NCBI RefSeq assembly: GCF_000143415.4
Contig: NW_003314301.1
Span: forward strand, 65,757 to 129,756
Reading direction: 5' to 3'
Length of the DNA: 64,000 nucleotides
Origin: Selaginella moellendorffii
Lineage: Eukaryota > Plantae > Lycopodiophyta
In this document: positions 50,750 to 64,000 of the stretch, piece by piece
How the letters are laid out: each line of letters starts with the position of its first letter
Position numbering within the stretch: position 1 is the stretch's first letter
Notes under the pieces: generated by a model
Told to the model about the DNA's origin: nothing
What the model saw: the letters and a program-made list of their open reading frames with translations, nothing else
Databases searched by the model: none
Position numbers and translations under genes: made by a program

Positions 50750-53700
50750 GGGTGTTCACCCTTAGTACGTCTCTTTAACATTTTCTGCCGTGGGCTCTAT
50801 CCATGGCCCAATTTTTTGAGACCCTCATTTGGATCTTTTATAGAGATTACTTTCCTCAGACTTACTATGCCATAGCATTGACATAGCTTATTTCTTTTAG
50901 GTGTTCTTCTCACTTGGTCACATTGACCAAGCCACACCTTTATCAATAGTTCAAATCAACACTTTGAACTAGGAATCATATTCTTTAACCCAAACAAAGA
51001 CTTTGTCCTTGTTTAGCCACAAGATTACCTAGTGATCTCATCTTGACCCCTTAAAAGGTCTATCAATAGGAACTAAGTCTTCCACCTTCTAAGTTGTTGA
51101 TTATGACCCTGGGGGCATCCCTTACACTTGGCAGTGCGCCCAAGCCAGCCCTTCGGGCCAAGGATCCATAGCCACTAAGACTGGATGTCCCCATCTCATT
51201 CACCACGTCCTTGGTGCCCTTTGCACCAAAGTGTTCAAGTTAAATATGCCGAACTTTCATTCTAAGCAATCTAACTGTGCATCACGACTCCAGGGCATCC
51301 CCCGCTTGGTGGTGTGCCCAAGCCAATCTCCTCATTGAGAGTCCATGACCACCGAAATATGAGTGTCCTCATATTCCAAACCATCACCACGCCCTAGTGA
51401 TTTAGGACTCGAACTTAAGCATTAGAGGGTTGGGACTTGAACCCAACCTCCGTATATGCATCTACGGAAGGCATCACCCAAGATGCCTGGCATGACTCCT
51501 CACGCCAGTGCACCAACTTATAGTTAAAACATGCTATAGATCACAGCTTAGGAACCTAGTTCCTCCACACTGCCAAGTCCTCTCACTTGACACGTCTGTG
51601 ATCATACATGGACTCCTCCATGCTTAGCCCCATGGTCCACCCTTTTGAAGTTATCACCTTCAACTAGGGTATTTGTTCCCCCGACTTGCAAATCTCGCTT
51701 GGCAAGTCCTCCGACCACCGTAACATGGTTCCTGCATAAGCGTGAAAGTCCTTGACCATCGACTTTCGTTCAAAGCCCTCTCTTTGAACACTCGGGAACT
51801 ACTTCCCTAACCTTGATAGCCTTGCCTCATGGCAAGCTTCAAGACCACACTTCTGTTGCGCCACTCTGGTTTCGCACGTTCCATGAACTATTTACACTTG
51901 GCATTTCTAGGTACTAAGCTACCTAAAATTATCTTTGGGAACCTTGAAGGAACTCTGTCCCTTAGCTTGCTAAGGCCTCTCTTTTGCAAGCTTTTTAGTT
52001 GCCATATAGTCTAGTATGGATAATTCCATATTTTAGACTCTCCATGGCATCACGGTTGCTAACAACAACACCCTCGAACCCCCACTTAATTCTCTACTCC
52101 CAATTGGCATAACCACCCTTGGTTATGCCCTTTGATTTCTATGGTTTGGTTCTATCCCCTTATTACTTGTCTTTGGCTTCACACCTTTCCTTCGGTAATT
52201 TTTCTCTAGACTAGGAGGATAGTTTTGCACTTTCTATCATGCCTTAACAAGTATTCTTAAGGATGAACCTACCCGATAGCCTAAGGAGTGGTTCCTCAAT
52301 CCAGGTATGCTCACCTTATAATCCCACACACCGGGATTAACGTTGTTGCTTATGGGCTTTTATATGCCCATCACTTGCTTTGCCAAAATTTCATTTTTGG
52401 CTTTGTCCAATTTGGGTAGACAGCCTTTTCCTTTTTTCACGACTTTGGACATTTGGATAGCACCTTCTATCCATCATTCGCTAGGGACTTAGTCCCTTGG
52501 GCCTTATCTATTGCCCTCGCAACCTCAAACACCACCTCATGGTGTCCTAGAGTGTTTTGGTGTCCCAAATGATGGCCTATTTGACAATGAACATTCCCTT
52601 TTATGACATTGACTTACTATATCGCAACATAAGCAATTTATCCCTCGTAAAGGTATATCTAACTTCTTTATACCATTAAAAAGTCTTGGGTAGCTACCTT
52701 CTACCAGTTTAACCAATTATCTTGCACCTTTTGCTTAGTTGCCTCATAGTTGTCAAGTCCTACAACTCATTGTTGGTGCTTCCACACTTCCATCATTGTT
52801 TTGGTCACCACACTCTACCACATGCCTTCCAGCTTAGGATATGCCATTCCCATTTCCGTTAGGATTCCCTTGGCAAGGGATTCTTATGAACCCACCAACA
52901 TAACCTCAAGGTATCACACTTTGGCACATTTAGTGTCTCCACACCATCGGCTCTACGAGCCTACCCTTATGACACTACTTATTAGTGTCTAGGTCTTTGC
53001 CAAGACCAATATAGTTGTTTCTTATGCTAACTATCTATTAGCACCGCACCATAGTGTTTGCCCCAAACTCTGGGCCAAAATTGCTTTCTTTTGGGAACAT
53101 CTTTCCCACAACTTTAGTATGACACATTCTGCCATCAATGAGATATCTCCTGTTCTTATACTTGGATTTTACGATCCTCCCCATACCTTATGGGGCACTA
53201 TGCACCTCAGTCCAAATGCTTCAACCAATCCCTTAGGACCATTCCCTGACTCCATTTGAGTCATCCAGCATTTTGGACTTGCTAATCCAACAACCTGCGA
53301 GCGAGGTGCCAACTCATTGGAATACAATTGCTTGTATTCATGTCCTATTCACAAGGACCATCTTTGTAAGTGTCACTCCGACACTTGATGATTTTCTTGG
53401 GGCTAACCTTTGCCCCTTATGACTACTTGTCCATGTGATGAGAATAGCAACTCATCTTTAAGTACACCCCCAACTCCTTGGGTTGTTCCAGCATTTGTTA
53501 AAGGTAGCCCTGGCTACTATTTCAAGGACTTGTGTCCTCTTCTGTATTTGACCTCCCATAGTCATTAATTCCAGTCTCAAAGTTATGAGTACCAGCCTCA
53601 ACTATATGAGGGTAATTTTGTGACTCCTTTATCGTTTTGGAGTCTACATCTTTCCCGTGATCCCAACTGTAATTGTTTACCACAACTACATTAGCCAGTT

Positions 53701-55680
53701 TGCTAAGTCAAACACTCATCTGGATCACATCCTCAACTCTCTGAGGAAACCCTTATACTGTTCCCAAGATCCCAAAGTCGTTCCCTTATTGGCCCTTTTC
53801 CATCCACCACATCGTGCACAAGTTCAAGCATGAACTTGAGCGAAGAAGCATGTCCTTTCGATATGCTACTCCTAGAGGATAGGTCCATATCTAGGACTTT
53901 CCAATTCCAATACAAGTGGTGATATATTTGGCCACCAATAAGAGTCGGACTAAGGAATAGCTCCGATACCAAGTTGTAAGCGACTAATTTTTCCATTCTA
54001 CTTTAGTCACTTAACCACACCTTTGACCACTTGGAGGAATCTCATTCACAACCTCCTTAAGTCTAATTCAGGACTTGGGACTTGCTAGCCCCGAGGATGG
54101 CATCCATGCCACTCATCCTTTGCACTTAGTCCAAGTGCTCCACGTGTCCGGTCCCAAGACTGACACCCAAAGGTACCACTAACATATCGGCCCGTTACGT
54201 TAAGGCCATGCTCATTCACCTTTGCCGCACTAGTGGTCCAATACCACTTGCATCACAATCCCGTCTCTCCAAGACTAGGCCATCCGTCCACGAGTGGTCA
54301 TCCCAGATCCACTCCTTAACATCCTTAGGATGCCCACAGACATGGGGAATAACCTTCCCCAATATCCCTTTGTCAGTTCCTACCAAGTCCCTTTTCCATC
54401 CATGGCCATGTTCGCAAACACTGCCACTCGATCAAGGCCCACAGGCCCGACCACTAAGTCCCATGGTCCTCCAGGACTTCCTCACCATGTGATTGTATCC
54501 TTAGTCACTACACTAAAGGACTGCTCTTCCTCCTTCCCCCCATTTGGGACTTCGGGACAACATTTCGGAACACCATAGGCCTACGCGAGCCCCGTGGGTA
54601 TTCTCCCCGCCTTCCGCCTTTAGGTGCTCTAGCCATGGGCTTAAAGCGAGGTTCCGTTGAGCCACGCCTGGTATCCAAGTAGGTAGTGCCACCCACACTT
54701 GGACTGGGAGCATCGGCCAGTTGATCTCCCGGGGGAACTAGAGTCAGCTCTTGAACACTTCACTAAGCTACCCCACTTGTCGGTCCGTATTCACTCTAGT
54801 CTTGGACTTCCTAGTAGTCAGTTCATCACCCAACACTGGGTCTGGCCTTCCTGGGCCAAACTGGCCTTTCCTGGCCAAACTGGCTCCACTGTAGTCCTCC
54901 CCCTTACTATACTTTTGGAGCTCACCAAACCCCCCAGGGTCTGGGAGACGAACGCTTTGGGCTTTCACCCTCTCAGACTCGGACTCGGACTCGGACTCAG
55001 ACTTAGACTTGGACTCGGACTCGGACTCGGACTCGGACTCGGGCTCGGGCTCGGGCTCGGTCTCGGTCTCGGTCCCAGTCTCAGTCTCAGTCTCGGTCTC
55101 GGTCTTGGTCCCGATCTCGGTCCTGGTCTCGGTTTCGACCTCGGACTCCATCTCGGGTCCTTCTCGGACTCCATCTTGGACTCCATCTCGGACTCCGTCT
55201 TGGTCCATCTCGGACTCCATCTCAAACTCCATCTAGGGTCCATCTTGGACTCCATCTCAGGTCCATTTCGGACTCCATCTCGAACTCCATCTTAGGTCCA
55301 TCTTGGACTCCATCTCGGACTCTATCTCAGATCCATCTCGGACTCCATCTCGGGTCCTTCTCGGACTCCATCTCGGACTCCATCTCGGACTCCACCTCGG
55401 GTCCACCTCGGACTCCATCTCAGACTCTATCTCGGGTCCATCTCGGACACTTCCATGTGTCATGTGTTAGTCCTTTTTGGGTCCCTTTTTTAGAGCCTCG
55501 CTTATTGCTCGCTTCGTGCTCATTCCTCGAGCACTTGTTGGGAGTTCCACTCCTGCTCTCGACCTATCAAGTTGGAGCTTTTAGTCCAAACGTGTTACGC
55601 TCATTTGGCTTTCGCTTCAGCCACTACCACGTGGCACCCTTCCGGCTCCACTTTGGGGCCTAGGGATTTTGTGTCTCACA
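50750..55680 (-). mobile_element. Decayed LTR retrotransposon (probably Ty3/gypsy), minus strand; LTR from 53975 rightwards
   Basis: Reverse-complement PBS gctccgatacca 53960-53971 next to an LTR end TG at 53975; stop-riddled internal region; outer boundaries approximate. Confidence 0.55.
54975..55450. repeat. Hexamer/12-mer minisatellite (GACTCG)n grading into (GGACTCCATCTC)n inside the LTR
   Basis: Directly visible; related array in opposite orientation at 63610-63855. Confidence 0.9.
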
Positions 55681-56831
55681 GCGAGGAGGAGGGTACCCCA
55701 CCGACTAAAGCAACATGGAGCTTAGGTTTAGACCCAAGCGGGATGCAAAACAAAGAGCGATACAACTTAGCAGAAGCTAAACTAATGTCTTAGGTGGTTG
55801 GATGTGCATTCCAACTACTATCCCTACTATACATTTAAACCCCTCCCCACTTTGAGGAACACATGCTTTGGGCTTTCACCCCAAACCTCCCTTAATATTA
55901 GGAGTTAGTCTCTAGGACAAGTTCAAAACTTACTAAATATGGAATATCCCTAGATTGCAAATTTGGCCACGGGACAAACACTATTGTGTTCAGAACAATC
56001 TTTATATTTTGTAGATATGCCAAATGAGCAAGTCTAGCCACTTTCTATAAATAATTTTTGGGACCGAAATGAGACTAACACAAAAGGCATAATAGCAAAG
56101 GTGTTTGGTAAATACAGTAAAGTATCATATAGTGATATTAAGGGATTAGACTTAATACGTGAGGGCTTTTGCCAAGCCAGTGCAAGACAGAGCAAAAAAG
56201 AACTAACAAGCAGGGCCAAGTATGTTTGGCTAAATAGACACTTAGGAATTCCTTCTTTATGTTTATTTGGCTAAGTACAAATGCTAAGTTTAGTTTACTA
56301 ACACTTGAATAAAAGGGGTTAATAAAGGGAACCAACAGTACTGACTTTTTTGCTGATATGGCAGTAAAGAGAGAGTGCCCATAAGAACTTGCCGACAAGT
56401 ATCTTTCAATACCCGAAGTTATATTCACAATATAGGAGGAAGTTGGTTGAGTTTTGAAATTTGTATTCCTAAATTGAGAGTCATTTTTTCTCTGAGATAG
56501 AAAATTTTCCACAAATTTTCATACAATTTTCCAATGGTTAATCTATTAATCATTTTGCCTAGAAACCATTCCATTTTTGAAAGTCAGTATAAATTGGTGA
56601 AAGGGTTAGAGTTGACTTTAATTAGTTTAAACTTTAGTAAATAGTTTATATGATGGAGCCTAAAAGGGATATTAACTTTTAGGGTTAAGGCAATTGAGTA
56701 AATAAAGTTCAAAGTTGGTGTAAATAAGTGGTTATTACGCTTTTTTAAGAAAGGTGACCTTTATGCCTTTCTTTTATAATGTTATACTTGGTGGTAGATT
56801 GCACTTTGCATTTCGTTACATTTTATGAGAG

Positions 56832-58108
56832 TGTAAGCTCCTGAATTTGGACTTCTCGAGAGGTCACCCAGCCCATTACTATTTAAACCCAAGGACACTT
56901 AACTCTAAATATCCCAAGATCTTTAACCTATTAGAAAAGGGGGTACACTCTTGTTCATAGTGTAAGCTTCTAAGTTTGGACTTCTCGGGATGTCACCCAA
57001 TCCAGTACTATTCAAACCCAAGGATGCTTAACCCCAAATATCCCAAGACCTTTAACTAATTGAAAAAGGGGATGCATTCTTATTCATATGCCCCTTCCCT
57101 CTATATTTGAACCCTTATGGATCATCTCTCGAGTTGTTCCCTTTAATTACTTACAATCCACCACACTTCCCTGCAAGTTCACGCCCTCGTGAATGGAAGC
57201 TGAGAGCCATAGCCCTCCTCAGCTATGGCTCAGAGCCCCACTCTCTTGACACTCTACCCCTCGAGTTGAGCCCAGCGGGAGTAAACTAGACCAACTAGAT
57301 GTCAATCAATATGTGGTGCGATTCCCCTAGCCAACCAACAGAGTTGGACCCGAAACCCCTCTGATACCAAATGTAAGCTTCTGAGTTTGGATTTCCCGGG
57401 AGGTCATCCATCCTAGTACTATTTAAACCCAAGGACGCTTAACCCCAAACATCCCAAGACCTTTAACCAATTGGAAAAAGGGGTGCACTTTTATTTATAT
57501 ACCCTTTCCCTTTATATTTGAACCCTTATGGATTGTCTTTCGAGTCGTTCCCTTTGGTTGCTTACATATAGGCCTTTTCCTTCTATATTTAAACCTTTAT
57601 GGATTGTCTCTTGAGTTGTTCCCTTTGGTTGCTTACACATAAGCCCTTTCCCTTTATATTTAAACCCCATGGATTGTTTCTTAAGTCGTTTTTTTTTTAT
57701 TACTTACAATTCACCACACTTTTCTATAAGTTTACACCCTTGTGAATGTAAGTTGAAAGCTACAGCTCTCTCAAGAGCCTCATTCTCTTGACACCTTACC
57801 CCTTGGGTTGAGCCTAGCTAGAGCAAACTAAATTTACCAAATGTAATCAACATGTGGTGCGATTCCCTTAAGCCAATCAACAGAGTCAAATTTGAGACTC
57901 GCTCCGATACCAAATGTAAGTTTTTAAGTTTGGACTTCTTGGGAAGTCACCCAACTCAATACTATTCAAACCTAAGGATGTTTAATCCCGAGTATCCAAA
58001 GATTATTAACCAATTAAAAAAGGGGGTGCACTCTTATTTATGGGCCTTTTCCTTTTATATTTGAACCTTATGGATCGTCTTTCAAGTTGTTTTCTTTAGT
58101 TGCTTATA
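56832..58108 (-). mobile_element. Nested cluster of Cassandra-like TRIM LTRs and internal regions
   Basis: Interrupted LTR 56832-56960 + 57567-57637, LTR fragment 57638-57708, internal region 57709-57914 with PBS, LTR 57915-58108. Confidence 0.82.
56961..57566 (-). mobile_element. Complete Cassandra-like TRIM with 5S-rRNA-derived LTRs
   Basis: 195-bp LTRs 56961-57155 and 57372-57566 (TG..CA), PBS tggtatcagag 57369-57359, 216-bp internal region, TSD catag/tatag, 5S A-/C-box sequence at 57443-57389. Confidence 0.88.
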
Positions 58109-59917
58109 GAATAATAAGCTCTCACTAATCTTAATGTGGTCTTGATAGCTTTACACCTTGGTTGAGGATGATAATGTCCAACTTAGTTGTTGAGGTTGAG
58201 CTGTTAGTACCTATATTGTAGCATTATCTATTAAGAATTTGTGTATTATATGAGTCTATCTTTTGGTTGTCACTTTAGTTACGACTGAGCGTTGATCATG
58301 TATAGTTAGCCTCTTCATAACATGTTTAGAGCTATTGGCTAGATGTATTGATGAGTTTATTATAATTTGATTGGATTCGAGTGGTCATTTAATTTGTGCT
58401 TATCCATGTTTTTATATCTCGTACTTGGGGTGTTACCTTTTTGTTATACAAGTATATGACTCAATGATGTGAGTTTAGTATTTAGGTCTTGTAAAGGCAA
58501 GTTAAAGAATGATTGTTAGTTGTTTAGTGATTAATGATTGCTTGTAGAATTCATTGAGGACTGCTAATACTTGCTTCACTTAATGATGATTTAGCAATGA
58601 TAGATTTGCTTTATCTTATAGTGTTGCAGAGGATAATATTATATGCTTGCATGGTTTTTCCATATTGACATGTTGATTCCATCTTTGTTAATATCATTTG
58701 GTTGCATTTAGTCTATAGTGTTAGATTATATTAAGTTTTGGATATGGTGATTCACTTCTTGATAATGTGTTATTTATAATTAAGCATTGTTAAAGGATTG
58801 GTCTCAGATACTAAGTAAGATATCTTCAACGTTAGTTAGCTTGGTTGCTAAAAAGGTTTGAGTGGTGATTCATTTTTGCTTTATTTTAGCTTTGTTTTAG
58901 TGTTGATAGCATTAAAGTGATGTCCTATCATTGACATTATTGATGTTGAGATTTGAGTGAAGTGAAATGTCTCTCCATAAAATTAATATTGAGTTTCATT
59001 AGTCTCAATGTAGATAGTATTGATGATTTGCCTGTAATTTTGTGTTATTAGCATTTGCACATTTGCTAGTTAACAATTATATTGGCATTCAAATGAATTG
59101 AGTGGCAAGTTTGAGTTAGTTATGTTCTAGATAAGATTATTTAATAAAGGTTGAGCTTTGACTTTTCTTTGAAAAATGATTTAGTTATGAACTATCCTAG
59201 CTTTACGAGAGGAAGAGTTAATGATCAATATTAAAGTTGTTAGTTCTTTGTTGGGTTTGAGTTGAGGATATAGCGATCATTGATAATTCTTCATATATTT
59301 GTTATGAAGTGAGTTATGTTTTGCTATAGAAGATGGATTTATGAAGGATTTTTTGGTGATCACTTGTTGAGTATAGGTTCGTTGCACTTGGCTTTTGGAT
59401 TGATGCAAATATACTTTTCATTAGCTTTAGCATTATAAAATATAGCATCTAGATGTGTGAAGAAGGATATTATGGGTTGTATCATGATTTTGTTTTTAGC
59501 ATTGAAGTTAATTTATATGAGATTTATGATCATTAATAGGTGAAACTTGGCTATAAACTTCTTTGAGGTTTTTGTTCTTTGAGTGTTTAGAAGGGTTGGG
59601 GCCCAACTTCTCTCTCTATGTGACTTGTCAATAGGGGCATATCATCTTTTGTAAGTTGGATGACATCTAGAGCAACAATAGTGGCTAACTTTGTTAATTA
59701 TTTCTTTGTTGGCGATGGTCGGAAGGTGTTTGAGTTATAGTGCATTTATGTTAAATAAAGAGGTTACTTTAACTCATTTAAGTTGGTGCATTTTTCACAA
59801 AGTGTGAACATTGTGAATTTTTTTGAGTTGTTTCTTTAGTGGTGGTCTAGACTAGAGTATACATCGACACAGATGTCAATTGTTTTTGGGGGGGTGAGGC
59901 AAGAGGGGGGGGGTGGG

Positions 59918-60017
59918 NNNNNNNNNNNNNNNNNNNNNNNNNNNNNNNNNNNNNNNNNNNNNNNNNNNNNNNNNNNNNNNNNNNNNNNNNNNNNNNNNNN
60001 NNNNNNNNNNNNNNNNN
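59918..60017. other. Assembly gap flanked by poly-G
   Basis: 100 N. Confidence 1.
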
Positions 60018-61699
60018 GGGGGGGGGGGGGGAGGAGAGTGTCACAAATGTGATTATGAGTATTGAGAGTTATTTAACAAGTCATTAGAAACACTCTCTCC
60101 TTACTACCACAATAGTAGGAGGTTGGTATTGTTAATTTCATTTATGGTCTCCACTCAAGCTAGTTGAGAATGGTTATTGCATGTGCATTTGACCAAATGA
60201 CCATAAGGTAAATGTTATTAATTAAGCATACTTGACATAGTTAGAGAAACTCATTCATTAGCTTACATTTACTAGTGTTGAGAACCCCTATGATATTGAG
60301 TTTAGTCCTTCAATATCATTTTGTGATAGCTTATCGTGTTCATTAGACATCCTCGTTTATGCCCTGTGTATTGGCTCTATTTCGGTTCTATATACTATTT
60401 ATAGTAAGTGTTTAGACCCACTCAAGAGGCATAACTATAGGTAATAGAGAGTGTCTTAAACCCTATGATATTATTCTTGCACCCTAATTCATTATCTAGC
60501 GCCATTCCATATTTATTAAGTTTCACACTTGTCCCAGAGACTAACTCTTGGTACTAAAGGTTAAAGCCCAAAAGATATGTTTCTAGGGGGGCTATGGGGG
60601 GTTTAAATGTATAATAGGTAGATTAGGTATAGCTGACCAACTTGAGATATAATATAACTCTCGCTTGCGTGCTTGTCGTTGTTCTACATCTAGTTTCGGT
60701 TTAAGCCTAAGTTTCATACTATGCTAGTTGATGAAATATTTATATTCTTGTGTTGGGCCACTAGTATGTTGAAATAGCCCTAGACTCTGTTTGGCCCTAT
60801 TTTGTGTGTTAGTCTTAGCATTGGGATGCTGGAAGCTCTAGAATTATTCCAATGTTGTTTCATGCTCTTGTCCCTTCATTCCTTGAGTTGAATGCTTAGG
60901 AGTTACTCTATGTGTTAGTTCTTTCATTTGTTAGCTGCAAGTTTGAAAGTTTGGCTTTGTTCCTTCATTCAATAGCCTAAGGCCCTAAAACTCAAGTTCC
61001 ACTCTGCTGTCTTTAGACATGTGGATGTGGTATGTGACACATGGCACATAGAATGTTTAGAATCATCATAGGATAAAGGGTGAAAACCAAGTGTACTACA
61101 AGAACATAGATCCTTGGAATGTCCTAACAAACATAAGACAAGATCTCATATCAATGTTATAAGGGAAGACAGTGGTGGTGAAGTTGAGGGGGTTGATGAA
61201 TTGGTTAATGCAAACTATAAGAAAGAGGAGGTGAGTTATTTTTCTTAAGTTTTTCTCACTATTAAGCTCCCGTGTTGATCATCACTTGGATTTGGTGTCT
61301 ATAGACAAAACTTATGAGATACATCAATAAATTAGAGCTATGCACAATATGATATTTGAAGACCTAGTGAAATTGTTAGGATTGAAAGTTGAGCAGATGT
61401 CACCTATACACTTTTGGTTTGTAGAAGATGGGCAAGTAACTAAAAAATTTATAAATGATGTTCCAATAAATATATTCAAATGGAAAGAAAATTTTTGGTA
61501 ATTAAATAGTGTTTTGTATAGATTTTTTCAAAAAAATACATCTAAGGGATATATAGTGTTGGACAAAATTGTATCACATTAAAGTTAGAAGGACATCCTA
61601 ATATATCCTTCCAATTGCAAAAATGCTTCTCAAAGGATTAGGAAGCTAAATTCTTACCTGCAAAAGCCACTAAAAAAACAACTAAGAAGGGATGTTAAA

Positions 61700-63020
61700 C
61701 CTTTTGGGTTTAAATATAGAAGTTAGAGGTGATGATTATATCTTTCTAAAACTTTTTCTACCAAGGCTACCTCTGAGGTTGATCATTAGATTAAGATTGT
61801 TCTAGGTTCTAAACCACCTACAAAGGTTACATACTATTTGAACATTAAAGAGATATTGAACTCAAGAAGCAACTTATGAAGCTTATTGATCAAAGTTATA
61901 TGTAGACCGCGTGAAATCAGGGTATAAAGCATTGGTCCTTTTTGTTATGCAAAAGGATGGTACTATGAGGATGTGTATCAATTATTGAGATCTTAACGGA
62001 ATAAAAGTTATCCTTTGCCTAGCATTGATGACTTTTCGGACCAACTCTTAAAAGCTAAGTATTTTATATGATTTGATTTGCAGTTTGGGTATTATCATAT
62101 ATGGGTAGCGAATCATGATGTAGAGAAAATAGCCTTCAAGACTTGTTATAGATTTTATGAGTTTTTTAGTATGCCATTCAAGGCTATGTAATGCTTTGGC
62201 TATATTCAATATAATGATAGATAGAATTTTCAGAAATAATTTAGAAACATTTGTTATCTTATATGTTGATGATGTTCTAGTCTTCAATGAAATATTAGAG
62301 GATCATTTGAAACATTTAAAGTTAGCATTTTAAAAGTTGCATGAATATAAAGTATATGCTAAGGACAGGAAATGTACTTTTAGTCAATTGCATGTGAACT
62401 TTCTTAGGCATATAATTAGTGGTGGCATAGTTAAGATGGATCCAAAATGGTGAAGTTTTGGGAAGTCTTTACTACTGTATTAGATGTTCATTTCTTTTTC
62501 AGTTTGGTGGGATATTATTACAAGTTTGTTCGCAATTTTGCACATATTACTCTTCCATTGATTGAGTTAACAAAGGGTAGTATACCATTTCATTGGACAC
62601 TACTTTATCAACGTGCTTTTGTATAGTTGAAAGAGATTTTAATTGCAATTCCTATCGTAAGATTTTAGATCTTGATAAACCCTTTGAAGTGCATTGTGAT
62701 GCATTTGGCTATACTATAAGTGTTGTGTTATAGCAAGATTATGACATTGTGATCAATGTTATACTAAGTTGATGTAGTTGCCTTATTATGTTTTACTCCA
62801 AGAAATTGGATAAAACCCAACAAAGATGGCCTAAAAACTAAAAAGAGATGTTGTTATAGTATTGGCATTGGAATATTAGAGATATTATTTGGATGGTTAT
62901 ACCAAAATTTATATAAATAGTAACACATTGAGCTACTTTGCAATGTAGCTAAAGCTTACACTGAAGCAAACTTGTTGGCAAGAGAAGCTCACTAAATTTG
63001 ATATCAAAATATAGCATATA
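61700..63020 (+). mobile_element. Degenerate Ty3/gypsy pol (RT-RNase H) remnant
   Basis: KDGTMRMCINY*DLN, MPF.LCNA, YVDDVLVF (62262-62285), KPFEVHCDA; many stops and frameshifts. Confidence 0.85.
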
Positions 63021-63304
63021 CTATATGGATGAGATTTGGCTACACTAATCATTGTGGATCTTTAGAACCTTGGGAGATAAATAAGGATTAAAAAGTCATT
63101 AAAGACTCTTTCATTAAGCAATTGCCTTTTTTCATATTGGCTTAAGAGGTGATATATAGGGTGTGCTACATGTGGTATTAGAGCAAATAACATGGCATTT
63201 ATTAGTGGCTACTTAAAATATAAAATACTTTTAAGTAAGGTATATTCTGACCCTTAAAATTGAAATTGTATATATTAAGTATCTATGAATACATTTCTTG
63301 TCTT

Positions 63305-63530
63305 ATAGGGCATCCATGGATGAAAGTATCCACCATAGAATAACTAATCTACATAATATCTTTTGTCTTGTAGAGCATCTATGGATGAAGGTATCTATTA
63401 TTGAGTAGTTAATCTACATAATAGAAGGATATGTAGGGGGTTCCAAATGTATAGTAGTGATTCATGTTTTAGGGCATATGTAGATGAAAGTATCTATTGT
63501 GGAATAACTAATCTATATAATGGAAGGATG
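63305..63530 (+). repeat. Three ~50-bp direct repeats (gggcatccatggatgaaagtatc..taatctacataat)
   Basis: Copies near 63309, 63373, 63471. Confidence 0.75.
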
Positions 63531-63609
63531 TAAGGAACCAACTCTCTGAGGTGTTGTAGGATAAAGGATCCCCGAAAGCATGACCAAAATGACAGAGTTC
63601 ATCGGATGG

Positions 63610-64000
63610 GACCGAGTCGGAGATCGAGTCCAAGACCGACTCTGAGACTGAGTTCGAGATAGAGTCTGGGATCGAGTCCGAGGCCGAATCGGAGACCGAG
63701 TTCAAGACAGAGTCCGAGATCTAAATCAGGTCTGAGACAAAGTCCGAGGTCGAGTCCGAAGTCGAGTCTAAAGTCGAGTCCGAGGTCGACTCCAAGACCG
63801 AGTCCAAAGTCAGGTTCGAGATTGAGTCTGAGATCGAGTCCAAGACCGAGTCCAAGTACTAATATGGGTCAAGGGGTGAAAGCCCAAAGCATGCGTCTCC
63901 CAAGGGGGGAGGGGGGGGGGGGCGGGTTGCAGGGGGTTCCAAAAGTATAGTAGGGATAGTGAGGTCTAGGAACCAATCTGAAGGAACTCTCCAGTGGGCT
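63610..64000 (+). mobile_element. LTR-like segment with (CGAGTC)n array, same family as 54880-55450, opposite orientation
   Basis: Hexamer array followed by aggggtgaaagcccaaagc..ccaaaagtatagta, the reverse complement of 54905-54970. Confidence 0.65.

Noticed and set aside
54699-55463. LG/ES/SP-repeat ORFs
   Set aside because: Translations of the hexamer minisatellite, open in several frames
56850-57990. 5S rRNA gene array
   Set aside because: Only ~55 bp of the 5S internal promoter region is present, embedded in TG..CA LTRs with PBS/PPT

Overview
Eukaryotic plant genomic DNA, most likely a compact-genome lycophyte such as Selaginella. This is inferred from ~45-100 nt GT-AG introns, very tight gene packing, a flagellar CCDC113 gene, a loopless GH19 chitinase and a non-AOS CYP74. 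About 1-50 kb is gene-dense. It holds GH19 chitinases and a GDSL/NPP/germin block present twice as a large inverted duplication (~2.5-7.2 kb vs ~22.4-28.4 kb). That duplication brackets CENP-C, SKIP16, a thioredoxin, MIR160, a GTE1-like bromodomain gene, a small Mic12-like gene, YIF1 and RAD5B/HLTF. Further right lie SPT4, a synergin-gamma-like gene, CCDC113, an UMAMIT transporter, HSA32, DDM1, CYP74, an SMR CDK inhibitor and RCE1. About 50-64 kb is decayed LTR-retrotransposon sequence. Four features stand out. (1) An intronless Crinkler/CR-type P-loop NTPase + restriction-endonuclease-fold gene sits between a DDM1-HSA32 locus and a deleted copy of it. (2) A 1.73-kb palindromic inverted dimer of a TRIM appears to have integrated as one unit with a 5-bp TSD. 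(3) A nested cluster of 5S-rRNA-containing (Cassandra-like) TRIMs is present. (4) CENP-C carries a tandem exon+intron array. All homology calls come from motif recognition by eye, not from database searches.
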